Under the pieces are notes generated by a model. It did not search any database. It was not told where the DNA came from and saw only the letters and a list, made by a program, of their open reading frames with translations. The position numbers and the translations under genes are program-made. Below are positions 26,039 to 36,710 of a stretch of DNA of 64,000 bases, piece by piece (position 1 is the stretch's first letter; each line of letters begins with the position of its first letter). This DNA is from Candidatus Spongiisociaceae bacterium (GTDB taxonomy: Bacteria; Actinomycetota; Acidimicrobiia; Spongiisociales; Spongiisociaceae), in NCBI GenBank assembly GCA_965262915.1, contig OZ253564.1, positions 2,528,001 to 2,592,000 on the forward strand, given 5' to 3'.

Positions 26039-27695
26039 CTCGAGGGTCGGGCGGTATCAGGGGACCGGAACCCGGTGGAAGGTTGCCTAGTCCGGCACCT
26101 CGCCGGCGCACCCGCCCATGCCATAGCTCAGGACGACGGAGAACCGGAACTCTGCTGGTGCGGGAGCACGTCGCGGAGGGGACCCCCCTCAGCATGAGGG
26201 CGGCGAGGGCCGCCGCGGCGGCTACCGGTATGGCTAGCCGGAACATCTGGCTGGAACTGAGAGCGACCGCCTCGCGGATGATGTCTCGGAGAGGTGCTTC
26301 CATCGTCGCGACGACGGCCGGACTCGCGACGAGTTCGCTCACGTTCAGCCCGGCCATAGGCGAGTCCTCCGGGAGTTCGGAAGCGAGGGTCGCCGCGAGC
26401 CGTGCGTTGAACAGCGCGCCGAAGACTGCTATCCCGGTACTCCCCCCGAGTTGGCGGAACACCTGCACGGACGAGGTCGCCACCCCGAGATCTCGCGGAT
26501 GGACCGCGTTCTGGATGACGAGTACGAGCACCGGTATCAGGATGCCTATGCTCAATCCGAGGACTGCGACGTTGGCGGCTGCGGCCGGCGGGGTGGTCGA
26601 GACGGTCATGGTGCTCAGCAGCGCCAACCCGACTCCGAGAAGCAAGCATCCCACAGTCACCACGGATCTGTAGCGACCCCATCTCGTCACGATACGGCCC
26701 GAGACGAGGCTTCCCACGAGGGAGGCGGTAAGCATGGGAAACAGCAGGAGCCCGGAATGGGTTGCGGACATACCCAAGGAAATCTGCAGGAAGACAGGCA
26801 AGTAGGCGAAGGGAAGGAATAGACCGAAGCCGGTGATGAAGCTAATCGTGTTCGCGACCGAGAACTCCCGGTTCCGAAACAGGAACAGTGGCAGGATGGG
26901 CGAAGCTACCTTCCTTTCCCGCCCCACAAACCACAGCAGCGCCACCCCTCCCACCGCGAGAGTCGAGAGGATCACCGCTGAGTTCCAGGCATGCTCACGA
27001 CCACCCCAGGTCGCGACCAGCAGGAACGCCGACAGACCGACCGCCAGGAGGATCGCCCCGAGCCAGTCGATCCGGATCCCCCTGGCCACCGGCGGCTTGG
27101 TCAGGTTCCGGCGGATCACGAGGAATGTGAAGACAGCCAGCGGAACGCTCGGGTAAAAGGCCAGACGCCACGAGAGATGGTCGACCATCAGACCTCCCAC
27201 CAACGGCCCTCCCAGGCTGGCGACTGCGAACACCGCGCTTATGTACGCCTGGTACCGGCCCCGCTGCCGCGGCGCGATGATGTCACCCACGATCATGTAG
27301 CTGAGGGAGATCAGGCCGGCCGACCCGGTCCCTTGGACGGCTCGGAACGCGATGAGCTGCCCGATGTTCTGGCTGAGGCCCGCTGCGCACGACCCTACGG
27401 CGAACAGCGCTAGCGCGACCTGCATGAGGCGGCGACGACCGTACAGGTCCGACAGCTTGCCGTACAGGGGAACCGTGACTGTCGACGCGAGCACGTTGGC
27501 CGTGAGAACCCATGGGAGTAACGTGAGGGCGCCCATCTCACCGACGATGGTCGGCAACGCCGTCGACACGATCGTGGCGTCCATCGCGGAGATGGCCATG
27601 GCTAGCAGAAGCGCCAGGAAGGTTCTGCGGCCCGCCGGCGTCAGCCCCGACGTACGCCTATCTACCCCGGCGCGTCCTTCGGGCCGTCGGGTCAT
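25998..27695 (-). CDS. DHA2-family (14-TMS) MFS transporter; last ~60 codons probably out of frame
   Basis: DATIVSTALPTI, GKLSDLYGRR, LIAFRAVQG, GPLVGG, IDWLG and FRQLGG motifs. Confidence 0.9.
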   Translation of the reverse strand: MTRRPEGRAGVDRRTSGLTPAGRRTFLALLLAMAISAMDATIVSTALPTIVGEMGALTLLPWVLTANVLASTVTVPLYGKLSDLYGRRRLMQVALALFAVGSCAAGLSQNIGQLIAFRAVQGTGSAGLISLSYMIVGDIIAPRQRGRYQAYISAVFAVASLGGPLVGGLMVDHLSWRLAFYPSVPLAVFTFLVIRRNLTKPPVARGIRIDWLGAILLAVGLSAFLLVATWGGREHAWNSAVILSTLAVGGVALLWFVGRERKVASPILPLFLFRNREFSVANTISFITGFGLFLPFAYLPVFLQISLGMSATHSGLLLFPMLTASLVGSLVSGRIVTRWGRYRSVVTVGCLLLGVGLALLSTMTVSTTPPAAAANVAVLGLSIGILIPVLVLVIQNAVHPRDLGVATSSVQVFRQLGGSTGIAVFGALFNARLAATLASELPEDSPMAGLNVSELVASPAVVATMEAPLRDIIREAVALSSSQMFRLAIPVAAAAALAALMLRGVPSATCSRTSRVPVLRRPELWHGRVRRRGAGLGNLPPGSGPLIPPDPRVTSRSAPARPFSV

Positions 27696-27996
27696 TGCGC
27701 AGCCCGCTCCCCCGGATTCCTCACCGCGGACGGACCTCGAGGCAGTATGTGACCAGGGTCACGGGCACCTCTCCGGACTCACGAAGGGCACGAGCAATCC
27801 GCTCGCGGCCGGTCGACTACAAGAGGGGTCGGGTGTGGCGTCGACGAGTCAAGCGGGATCGTCATGTTCAGCATTCTCCGAGGGCCTCTCGGTACAATAC
27901 AGGCCGAGCGGCCGGCAATGGCCGGCGTCCCTTTGTCCCGGACTCCGGACATCGGTCATGCGACCGGCCAGACCATCGGCCCGGAGGAACCGGCGG

Positions 27997-29547
27997 ATGA
28001 CCGAACCCGAGGATGCCCTGGTGGATACCACTTCAGGCGCTGTCAGGGGCTCGTGCAGGGACGGGATTCAGGTGTTCATGGGCATTCCGTATGCGGCGCC
28101 CCCTGTCGGGAGACTGCGTTACCGCAAGCCGATTCCACCTGCATCTTGGGACGGAGTTCGCCCTTGCCTGGAGCCCGGTCCCGCATCCCTGCAACGAGAA
28201 GGCGCAGCAGGTGGCATGGCGGCCCGCTACCGGGTCCGGGAGAAGAGGGACGAAGACTGTCTTTTCCTGAACGTGTGGACCCCCGGTGTGAAGGCTGCGG
28301 AGAGACCTGTGATCGTCTTCGTACACGGCGGCGCCTACTTGAGTGGCTCGGGTGCGGTCGAGCTTTACGACGGAACCCGTTACGCGGGAGGTGGAGCCGT
28401 CTTCGTCACGTGCAACTACCGGCTGGGCGGGCTCGGGTTCGTGCATCTCGACGACTGCTTCCCCGAACTGGAGAGCACCGGCAACCTGGGCATTCTGGAC
28501 GTGGTCCGGGTGCTGGAATGGGTCCGGGAGAACATCGCGGCCTTCGGCGGCGATCCGGACAACGTCACGCTTGCCGGCAGCTCGTCGGGGGCGATAACGA
28601 CTGCAGCGCTGCTGGCGTCTCCACTCCGAAGGGGCCTCTTCAGACGCGCGGTCATCATGAGCAGCGCCGCCGGGCACACCACCCTCGACCGCGACACGGC
28701 CGGCCGGATCGGGCGCAGGTTCCTCGATCACGTCGGCGTGATGCCGGGTGACCTGGGCTCGCTACAAGCGCTCCCGGCGCGACGGCTGATCATTCCGTCC
28801 GGGCCGGTATGGACCGACATGGTCCGGATAGCCGATTGGCATCCGCTGTGCCCGGTCAGTGACGGGCAAGTGCTCACCGGCCCGGTCATCGACCTGGTGG
28901 CCCGCGGAGCCGGAGCGGGGGTGGACGTGGTGGCCGGCTCCACCACCGACGAGCAGCGGTCGGCATACTTCGGCGAGGACGGAGCCGGCCTTCCCATTGC
29001 CCTGGACAGAGCGACCTTCTCTACGAGAACATGGGAGCGGTTGTTCGAGCCGTCGGGTCGACCCTTCGACGACGTGCGGCGGATCTATGCACGGTCGGTC
29101 ACCGCCCGGGGATGGGAGTTCAACGAGGCCGAGTTCGCTTCGGCGGCGAGCTCCGACTACGTGATGGCCATCCCCACCATCCAGTTCGCCGCTGCCCATA
29201 GTTCCGCCGGAGGGCGGTCCTTCCTGTACAGGTTCGCCTGGCCGTCCCCGCTCCTGGACGGGTTTCTCGGGTCGTTCCACGGATTGGGGACGCCGTTCTT
29301 CTTCGACAACCTGGACCAACCTGGGTGGGCGCCCGTATTGGGCCCCGACCCTCCCGCGTTTCTGGCCAGGGGATTCCGGGAGTCGGTGATCGGATTCGCC
29401 ACCGACGGGGACCCCAATGTCGGCGGTCTGCCGACCTGGCCCGTGTATACGACCGAGACCCGGCAGACGTTGGTTCTCGATGACCCGCCGCTTGTCGTGA
29501 AGGATCCCGATCGCACGCGCTGTGAAGTCTGGGAAGGATGGAGGTAG
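27997..29547 (+). CDS. Type-B carboxylesterase (PnbA-like)
   Basis: FMGIPYAAPPVGRLR, EDCLFLNVWTP, HGGAY, NIAAFGGDPDNVT and GSSSG nucleophile elbow. Confidence 0.92.
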   Translation: MTEPEDALVDTTSGAVRGSCRDGIQVFMGIPYAAPPVGRLRYRKPIPPASWDGVRPCLEPGPASLQREGAAGGMAARYRVREKRDEDCLFLNVWTPGVKAAERPVIVFVHGGAYLSGSGAVELYDGTRYAGGGAVFVTCNYRLGGLGFVHLDDCFPELESTGNLGILDVVRVLEWVRENIAAFGGDPDNVTLAGSSSGAITTAALLASPLRRGLFRRAVIMSSAAGHTTLDRDTAGRIGRRFLDHVGVMPGDLGSLQALPARRLIIPSGPVWTDMVRIADWHPLCPVSDGQVLTGPVIDLVARGAGAGVDVVAGSTTDEQRSAYFGEDGAGLPIALDRATFSTRTWERLFEPSGRPFDDVRRIYARSVTARGWEFNEAEFASAASSDYVMAIPTIQFAAAHSSAGGRSFLYRFAWPSPLLDGFLGSFHGLGTPFFFDNLDQPGWAPVLGPDPPAFLARGFRESVIGFATDGDPNVGGLPTWPVYTTETRQTLVLDDPPLVVKDPDRTRCEVWEGWR

Positions 29548-29632
29548 GAATGATTGCCGGGTTACCGCTCGAAGGCCACCCAGCCGGGGTGCATGCCATC
29601 GGCAATAGACCGGATACAACAGGAGGAGCCGG

Positions 29633-30616
29633 ATGGACATCGGAATAGGCGCCGCGGGCTCGATCAAGGAGAAGCAGCGTTTCGCCAGATTCGCGGAGGA
29701 ACTCGGCTACCACTCGATCTGGATGCCGGAAGGGCGCAGCGGTGATCAGTTCTCGATCCTTACCGCCTGTGCCCTCGCCACGACCCGCATCAAGGTCGGC
29801 ACCAACATCTCCAGCGTCTTCGTGCGGACCGCTCCGCTCCTAGCGATGTCCGCCGCAACGGTGGACGCCTTCTCGGATGGGCGGCTGATCCTGGGTCTGG
29901 GCACCGACCACCGTAACCAGGTGGTCTACATGCACGGTCACCCGTTCGAAAAGCCCATCCCCCGGATGGTCGAGACTGTCGACATCATCCGGGCCTTGCT
30001 CCGCGACGACGTGGTGTCCTACGACGGGGATATCTTCAAGATCCGCCGCTACGACATGCACGTCCATCCGGTCGTGCGCCGAGAGATCCCGATCTGGATA
30101 GCAGCCGTCAACCCGAAGATGCTCGGCGTGGCGGGCGAGATCAGTTCGGGCACGATCCTCGTGAACCACACGATCGAGTCGGCCAGGACCGCCAAGGCGC
30201 AGTTCGTAGAGGGGGCGGAGCGGGCCGGGAAGACAGCCGCCGACGTCACGATGGCGGCCATGATCCCCGTGGCGGTGGCGGACGATCGGGCCGAAGCCCG
30301 ACAGCAGATGCGTTACCGCCTGACCGGGATGGTGACCCGCAACCCCCGCTATATCGCCTTGAAGTACCGGCTCGGCTTCGGGGAGGAGTGGGAGCGCATG
30401 CTCGGGATCCTCGACGAGGACGGGAGGGACGCCGCCGCCAAGGTGCTCTCCGACGACTACCTGGACGCCTTCACCGTCTGCGGAACGCCCGGCGAGGTCC
30501 GCGAGCGCATCAAGCTGTGGGTCGCCAACGGCGTCGACCTGCCCATCATCGCGGGGGGCTTCGGTTCCAAGGAGGCCCTGGCCGTGACCCTCGCTCTCGC
30601 GCCGTCGACGTTCTGA
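29633..30616 (+). CDS. LLM-class flavin/F420-dependent oxidoreductase
   Basis: AEELGYHSIW, ATTRIKVGT, SDGRLILGLG, IPIWIAA and GTPGEVRERI; paralog of 35710-36696. Confidence 0.88.
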   Translation: MDIGIGAAGSIKEKQRFARFAEELGYHSIWMPEGRSGDQFSILTACALATTRIKVGTNISSVFVRTAPLLAMSAATVDAFSDGRLILGLGTDHRNQVVYMHGHPFEKPIPRMVETVDIIRALLRDDVVSYDGDIFKIRRYDMHVHPVVRREIPIWIAAVNPKMLGVAGEISSGTILVNHTIESARTAKAQFVEGAERAGKTAADVTMAAMIPVAVADDRAEARQQMRYRLTGMVTRNPRYIALKYRLGFGEEWERMLGILDEDGRDAAAKVLSDDYLDAFTVCGTPGEVRERIKLWVANGVDLPIIAGGFGSKEALAVTLALAPSTF

Positions 30617-30635
30617 TCCAGCAGGCTGCAATGAC

Positions 30636-32027
30636 TCAGCCACCGGACGGTGCGTAGAGCCGGGTCAGCTCCCTGAGGTCGTCGACCCTCTCCAACTCGT
30701 CGACGATCGCGATGATCTCGTTGCTCTGACCCTCGCCGATCACCGGGGCGGCGAGCCTGCGGAACTTCCCCTCCAGTTGCTCCTTCGTCATGGGCCGATC
30801 GGCCGTGCCGGTGATCTGGGAGATCGTGATGAACTTGCGGTGGATCCTTCCTGCGACCGCCACCTCGACGGTGATACCCAACTTTTCCCGGTCGACCACC
30901 GGATCCAGGTAGACGATCCGGATCCGGTTCGCCAGGTCGAGGGCCTCGGGATCACTCAGCGCCTCCTCGGAGAAGAACTCCGGCCCCGCCTTGCCGACGC
31001 CGTGCAGCAAGTGCATCGCGACCAGCCAAGGGATCGCGTAGGAGGCCTCCCAGTAGTCCTTCGGCGCCCCGGACGAGAACGGCGGCTCGACGAGGCGGTA
31101 AACGCTCGTGATGCCGGCCGTGATCTGATCGATGTGCTCGGCCCGCAGTCCCTCTTCCTCCATGATCTCGAGAGCGAGCTGGATCACCCCACCGGTCAGG
31201 TACGGCCCGAGGTAGTACTTCATCCCGGCCTTCCTCGTCAGGTAGAAGTACGGGCTGGGTGCATCAAGCTCGGAGAGCTTCTCGAGGTCGTAGGTGGCAT
31301 CGTGGTCGATGATGTCTTCGGGGCCTTCGTAACCCAGGCTCGCCAGGAGAGCCGCTTGAACACCGAACGGCGCCACGAGGATCATGGAGTTGGTCCCCAG
31401 CATCCTGTAGATCGAGCCGTCCTTGTGAATGGGTCGGAGCATGAATCCGGATGCTTGCGGAGCAAGCATCCATGAGAGGCCGATGGCCCGGGATGTCAGC
31501 TCCTCGTCGAGCCCCATCAGCTTGGCGGCACAGATCGCGCAGCCCACCGCGGTCTGCCTGCGATCCTGTCGGAAGCCGAGCAGATCGACGGACTCCGGCT
31601 TGAGGGCGGCGTTGAAATGCGACGCTATCTCGTACGAGAGCACGATGGCCGTGATCAGATCCTTCCCCGAGGCCCCGACCCGCTCGCCGACCGCCACCCC
31701 GGTATGGAAGTACAGCGTGAACCCGTGCCCACCCCCGGGACCGGTCTCGTTGTAGTCGGGTTCGTACGCCATCTGGGAGTTGACGCCCGCCGCCACACCG
31801 CAGGACACCTTCAGCCCGTCACCGATGATCGTCGCCTCCGGCGTGCCTCCCGCAGTCCTGGCGTAGTTGAGGAGAGCCGCCCCCCTCCGCGAGGTCTCGT
31901 AGTACCCCAGAAACCCGCACGCCAGGTCATCGAGGGCGAAGCTCTTGACCCGGTCGACGGTTTCGGGCGGGAGGTCCTCGAACCTCTCGCCGACGACTTT
32001 CCGCACGATCGTTCCGGTCACGGTCAT
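30636..32027 (-). CDS. MmgE/PrpD family protein
   Basis: FEDLPPETV...LDDLACG, SGKDLITAIVLSYEI and C-terminal PMTKEQLEGKF; divergent active-site region. Confidence 0.8.
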   Translation of the reverse strand: MTVTGTIVRKVVGERFEDLPPETVDRVKSFALDDLACGFLGYYETSRRGAALLNYARTAGGTPEATIIGDGLKVSCGVAAGVNSQMAYEPDYNETGPGGGHGFTLYFHTGVAVGERVGASGKDLITAIVLSYEIASHFNAALKPESVDLLGFRQDRRQTAVGCAICAAKLMGLDEELTSRAIGLSWMLAPQASGFMLRPIHKDGSIYRMLGTNSMILVAPFGVQAALLASLGYEGPEDIIDHDATYDLEKLSELDAPSPYFYLTRKAGMKYYLGPYLTGGVIQLALEIMEEEGLRAEHIDQITAGITSVYRLVEPPFSSGAPKDYWEASYAIPWLVAMHLLHGVGKAGPEFFSEEALSDPEALDLANRIRIVYLDPVVDREKLGITVEVAVAGRIHRKFITISQITGTADRPMTKEQLEGKFRRLAAPVIGEGQSNEIIAIVDELERVDDLRELTRLYAPSGG

Positions 32028-32081
32028 ACAGTCTCCCGACTACTCATGGGGCAACGACGGCGCCAGGGGCGGCACGGCCGG

Positions 32082-33785
32082 TCACGGTGGGTCGCCGCCT
32101 GCGATCCGGTGGCTCAGCCAATCGACGACATCGGACGCGACCGCCTGCTCGAAACCCCCGAAGAAGTGGCTGCAGCCCTCGTAGATCTTGCTGTAGACGT
32201 CCGGTGCACAGGTGGCCGCCGCCTCGAGTTCATCCATGCGGGCCTTGTCGCTGTACTGGTCGAGGCCGCCGACCAGCAGCATGATCGGCACATCCACCTT
32301 GCTGATGTGCTCGGCGTGGGTGGCAATCGAGTCGGGGCCCCACCAGGACAGCCACGAACGAGCGGCCTGGTAGTGGCGTCCCAGCCGGTGATGGCGATCC
32401 GGATCCGGGCTCCGGTAGTCGTCACGGATCAGCACCTCGTCACCCCGGCCCTGTTCCACCGCGGCCCGGGCGCGTTCGACCGCCTCCTGATACTTCTCGT
32501 CTCCCATGCCTCTGCGAGCCCAGTCGGCGGTCTCCGCGGTGGGCGCCATGTGCACGTGTGCCACCACCGCCGGGTTGGCCGCCAGCACGTGGTGCATCGT
32601 GGTGCTGATACTGCCGAGGCTGTGGCCGCAGGGAATGACCTTTCGGTAGCCGCGTCCCACGAGCAGTTGGATGAACGTCTCCATGTCCTCCACGTCCATC
32701 TCGGTGGTGCCGATCGAGTGGCCGTACAGCCCGCTGCGCCGCATCTCGATCGTCAGGGTGGACCACCCCGCCCGGGCATAGACGGGCGCTTGCAATACGG
32801 GCACCGTACGCAGGGCGGTTGAGGTCATGCCGTGGACGTACATCACGACGGTGTCCGAGTGGGCGTCCGGCGGAGTCCAGAGGAACCCCGCAAGGTCGGA
32901 CCCGTCCGCCGTCTCCGCCGTCACGATCTCGAACGGCAGGGGCCCACCCACGGGATGGGGAAGGACATCGCCGGCCCAAGACGCAACGGCGGCCGCGACC
33001 TCTCCGTCGGTGGTTCCGGAGGCCACCGTCACCTGATGGCTCGCGGCTCCGGCCTCGAGGGTGGCCGACCACTCCTCGCAGGCGCCGACGATCAGGAGGG
33101 GCCGCGGCACTCTCTCCACCACCCGGCTCAGCCTGGTGTCGGCCGTCGGGCCCCACCACGCCATCCACCGGTCCGCGTTCTGGGAAACCCGAACCGGACG
33201 ACCATCCTCGTCGACGAACGTTGCGTCGATGAGATGATCGTGCGCAGTGCCGAGCCTCAGAGCGAGCACCGCGTCGGCCAGCACGGCGGCGTAGCGGTCG
33301 GGACCGAGCCACTCCCGCATCTGCCGGCTGAGGTCGTGTGCGGGGCGGATCAGCGCCACGCCCGCCACACGGAGGTCCGGGCGGGCGGCCGCATACCGGC
33401 ACACGGACAGCGCTCCGACCTCTTCCCCGGCCAGCACCACGTCCCGGAACCCGACACAGGCCAGGTAGTCGAGCGCTACCTTGATGTCCGCCATGTCGTC
33501 GTCCGGAGTCGCGGCGAAGGGGCCCTCGAGTCCGCGCCGGCGAAGCGCGAACGACAGGAGCGCTACGCCACGTTCGGCCAGCGCCGGTCCGAGAGCGCGC
33601 GCAAACGCGTCGTAGTGGTAGCCGCCCCACCTGTGCGCGAGCAGCACGGCGCGGCCGGGCTCCCCCAGCGTCTGTCCCGCCGGTAGGTACAGCAGCCCGT
33701 TCGCTATCCCGGGACGCTCGCCGAACGCCTGCTCGCGATCGCTCCAGATCATGAGCGGCTGCACTCGAAATCCCTGCTCGCTCAT
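32082..33785 (-). CDS. Tandem two-domain alpha/beta hydrolase
   Basis: Internal duplication (RWMAWWGP / SWLSWWGP); C-domain has GHSLG, DQY and SHFF; N-domain elbow reads GEEVG. Confidence 0.7.
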   Translation of the reverse strand: MSEQGFRVQPLMIWSDREQAFGERPGIANGLLYLPAGQTLGEPGRAVLLAHRWGGYHYDAFARALGPALAERGVALLSFALRRRGLEGPFAATPDDDMADIKVALDYLACVGFRDVVLAGEEVGALSVCRYAAARPDLRVAGVALIRPAHDLSRQMREWLGPDRYAAVLADAVLALRLGTAHDHLIDATFVDEDGRPVRVSQNADRWMAWWGPTADTRLSRVVERVPRPLLIVGACEEWSATLEAGAASHQVTVASGTTDGEVAAAVASWAGDVLPHPVGGPLPFEIVTAETADGSDLAGFLWTPPDAHSDTVVMYVHGMTSTALRTVPVLQAPVYARAGWSTLTIEMRRSGLYGHSIGTTEMDVEDMETFIQLLVGRGYRKVIPCGHSLGSISTTMHHVLAANPAVVAHVHMAPTAETADWARRGMGDEKYQEAVERARAAVEQGRGDEVLIRDDYRSPDPDRHHRLGRHYQAARSWLSWWGPDSIATHAEHISKVDVPIMLLVGGLDQYSDKARMDELEAAATCAPDVYSKIYEGCSHFFGGFEQAVASDVVDWLSHRIAGGDPP

Positions 33786-33818
33786 ACCCGGACCCTCGCT
33801 CGATGTCTCACCGGCGAC

Positions 33819-34748
33819 TCATGTGTAACGAATGCGTGGATCCGTGAAGGCATAGAGCAGATCGACCACGTAGTTGACGATGATGAACGCGGTCGATCCG
33901 ACCACCGTCACCGCTTGGATTACGGAGAAGTCCCACTCGTTGATGGCCGAGATGGCCACGCGACCGATCCCCGGCCACCCGAAGATGGACTCCACGATCA
34001 CGACACCACCCAGCAGCGCGGCGAACGTCAGGCTCAGGTACGTCATCACCGGGATGATCGCGTTGCGGAACGCATGCTTGCCGATGACGGCCCGCTCCCG
34101 CAGACCCTTCAAGCGCGCCATCGTGATGTATTCGGTGTTGACAACTTCGAGCATGGAAGACCGCGTCAGCCGGGCGATGGGCCCGATGATCCCGAAGCCG
34201 AGGGCCAGAGAGGGAAGGATCAACTCCGAGACGCTCGCCAAGCCTTCGTCGGGACCGCGGGGCGGCAACAGCCGCCATTGCACGGTGAACAGGTAGAGCA
34301 ACACGATCGCGCTGATGAAGCCCGGAACCGACTGCCCCAGCACGGCCGCGGATCGGCTGGTGTGATCGACGGCACTCCCCGGTCGGCGGGCCGAGAGGAG
34401 CCCGAGAGGGATCCCGATGACGATCCCCCACATGGCCGCCGCCACGGCCAACTGCAGCGTGGCCGGGAATCGCTGCAGCACCACCTTCATGGCGTCCTTC
34501 CGGAACAGGATGGACTCCCCGAAGTCAAGGCGGAAGACGCCGGCCAGGTACTCGAAGTACTGCACGATGATCGGACGGTCGAGGCCGAGGCTCTCTCGCA
34601 TGATGTCCATCGTCTCCTGGTCCGTCCCCAGCGGGACCATCAGCACCACCGGATCACCCAACAGGCGCGGCACGATGAACACGATCGTCACCACCCCCCA
34701 GAACGTGAGGAGGGCACGGAACAGGCGGGTGACGGAGTACCTGAGCAT
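33819..34748 (-). CDS. Peptide ABC permease (DppB-like)
   Basis: GDPV, LGLDRP, RFPATLQL, EYITMARLKGL and ESIFGWPGIG motifs. Confidence 0.93.
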   Translation of the reverse strand: MLRYSVTRLFRALLTFWGVVTIVFIVPRLLGDPVVLMVPLGTDQETMDIMRESLGLDRPIIVQYFEYLAGVFRLDFGESILFRKDAMKVVLQRFPATLQLAVAAAMWGIVIGIPLGLLSARRPGSAVDHTSRSAAVLGQSVPGFISAIVLLYLFTVQWRLLPPRGPDEGLASVSELILPSLALGFGIIGPIARLTRSSMLEVVNTEYITMARLKGLRERAVIGKHAFRNAIIPVMTYLSLTFAALLGGVVIVESIFGWPGIGRVAISAINEWDFSVIQAVTVVGSTAFIIVNYVVDLLYAFTDPRIRYT

Positions 34749-35713
34749 CAGCGTGCGACTCGGCGCGACGGCCCGGTCGGGTCGAGCGTGTCGCGCAACC
34801 AGTCACCGAGGGAGTTGGCCGACAGCACCGTCAGGACGAGGGCGATTCCCGGCATCACCGCCACCCACCAGGCCTGCTGGATCTGGTACTGGCCCTCGGC
34901 GACCATGACACCCCACGCCGGGGTGGGCGGAATCACCCCGAGACCCAGAAAGCTCAGGCTCGCCTCCAGAACGATCACCCGCCCGACGTCCAGTGTCGCC
35001 AGGACGATGACGCTGCTGGCGATGTTCGGCAGGATGTGACGGAACATGATCCGGCGCGCGCTACTACCCGACACCCTGGCCATGGCGACGAACTCGCGTC
35101 CTCGCACCGACAGCACCTGACCACGAACGATGCGGGCGTAGCGGGGCCAGGCCAGGACGGCGATGGCGATGATGATGCCGATGATGTTGCGCCCGATGAT
35201 GAGGGCCAGCAGCAGCAGGAAGAGGATGGCTGGAATCGACAGCCACAGGTCGACGACGCCCGAGATGATGGTATCGAGCACCCCTCGGCGGTAGCCGGCC
35301 ACGATGCCGATGGCCGTCCCGACGATCGACGTGAGCGTTACCGTGCCGAGCCCGACGATGAGCGAGATGCGCGCACCGTGGATGATGCGGCTCAGAATAT
35401 CGCGCCCGAGACTGTCGCCGCCCAGCAGGCGGGCGGTCGTCCCCTCCGCGTCCCACACCGGTGGTGCGTAGGTGTGTTCGAAATCGATGTCGGCCGGGTC
35501 ATGAGGTGCCAGCACGCCGGCGAAGATGGCGGCGACCACGATGGCGAGCAGGAACAGGGCGGCCAGCTTCGGTATCCCCCCGAAGCTGTTCCTGAACCGG
35601 CGTAGCAGTCCGGCCGCCTTTCGTGGCGGCCCGGTCCGAACTGCTCCTGCCGCCTCGGATGCGGCTACGATCGTGGCCTCTGGCTCCCGCGCCCGGTCGG
35701 TCCGGTCTCTCAT
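34748..35713 (-). CDS. Peptide ABC permease (DppC-like)
   Basis: LGGDSLGRDILSRIIHGARIS, RHILPN and EASLSFLGLG; ATG at 35713 overlaps the upstream stop. Confidence 0.92.
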   Translation of the reverse strand: MRDRTDRAREPEATIVAASEAAGAVRTGPPRKAAGLLRRFRNSFGGIPKLAALFLLAIVVAAIFAGVLAPHDPADIDFEHTYAPPVWDAEGTTARLLGGDSLGRDILSRIIHGARISLIVGLGTVTLTSIVGTAIGIVAGYRRGVLDTIISGVVDLWLSIPAILFLLLLALIIGRNIIGIIIAIAVLAWPRYARIVRGQVLSVRGREFVAMARVSGSSARRIMFRHILPNIASSVIVLATLDVGRVIVLEASLSFLGLGVIPPTPAWGVMVAEGQYQIQQAWWVAVMPGIALVLTVLSANSLGDWLRDTLDPTGPSRRVAR

Positions 35714-36696
35714 GCGGCGGAGGGCGCGAGCGCCTTGACAGCTTCGAGTACTTGGTCGTCGTCGCCGACCGGGACGAGGATCGGGAGGTCGATGCCGGCT
35801 TCGCGCCACGCCTCGAGGCGTTCCCGCGCCTCCCCGGCAGTGCCGGTGATGGTGAACGCGTCGAGGTAGCGGTCGCTGACGATCGACGCGGCCCCGGCCC
35901 GATCGTCCTCCCGGAGCGCCGCCAGCACGGCCTCCCGCTCCTCGCCGAAACCGAGCTCGTGGTGAAGCCTCGTGTAGCGGGGAAGAACCGTCTTTAGGGC
36001 CACGGTGCTGTGACGCATCAACCGGCGGGCGTCTTCCCGATCGGAGGTGACCGCGCAGGGAATCATCGTGGAAACCACCACATCTGCAGGTTGCTTGGCG
36101 GCGCGATCCGCTCCCCGCATGATGTTGGCCCGGGCGTCCCGGACGGAGTCCACCGTATGGTTCACCATGATGACACCCTGTCCGATCCCGCCGGCGATGC
36201 CCAGCATCTTCGGGTTCACCGCCGCTACGTAGATCGGTATCTCGGGTCGGACCGGCTCCAGCCATAGGTCGAAGTGGTCGATGTTGAAGATCTCACCTTC
36301 ATAGGAGACCTCGCCGTCGCGGATGAGTTGCCTGACGATGTCGACCGTGTCGAGCATGCGAGGGATGGGCTTGGAGAACGGGTGACCGTGCATCCGCACC
36401 ACCTGGTGGGCGTGATCGGTGCCGAGACCGAGAATGAACCGGCCGTGCGAGAAACGGTCGACGGTGGCCGCCGCCATCGCGATCAGCGGGGCGGTGCGTA
36501 CGAAGATGCTGGAAATGTTGGTCCCCAGGCCTATCCGCTCGGTGGCCAGCGCGCAGGCGGTGAGCACCGAGAACTGATCGCCCCCGCGGCCCTCGACCTG
36601 CCAGACCGAGTCATACCCGAGCCCCTCGGCGAGCCGAGCGAACTCGGGAAGATGGTTGACCGTCCTTCCCCGCAGCATGACGCCGGTCGGAGCCAT
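35710..36696 (-). CDS. LLM-class oxidoreductase
   Basis: AEGLGYDSVW, GDQFSVLTACALAT and SHGRFILGLGTDH; RBS GAGGAGG. Confidence 0.88.
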   Translation of the reverse strand: MAPTGVMLRGRTVNHLPEFARLAEGLGYDSVWQVEGRGGDQFSVLTACALATERIGLGTNISSIFVRTAPLIAMAAATVDRFSHGRFILGLGTDHAHQVVRMHGHPFSKPIPRMLDTVDIVRQLIRDGEVSYEGEIFNIDHFDLWLEPVRPEIPIYVAAVNPKMLGIAGGIGQGVIMVNHTVDSVRDARANIMRGADRAAKQPADVVVSTMIPCAVTSDREDARRLMRHSTVALKTVLPRYTRLHHELGFGEEREAVLAALREDDRAGAASIVSDRYLDAFTITGTAGEARERLEAWREAGIDLPILVPVGDDDQVLEAVKALAPSAA

Positions 36697-36710
36697 CGAT
36701 CCCTCCTCAG

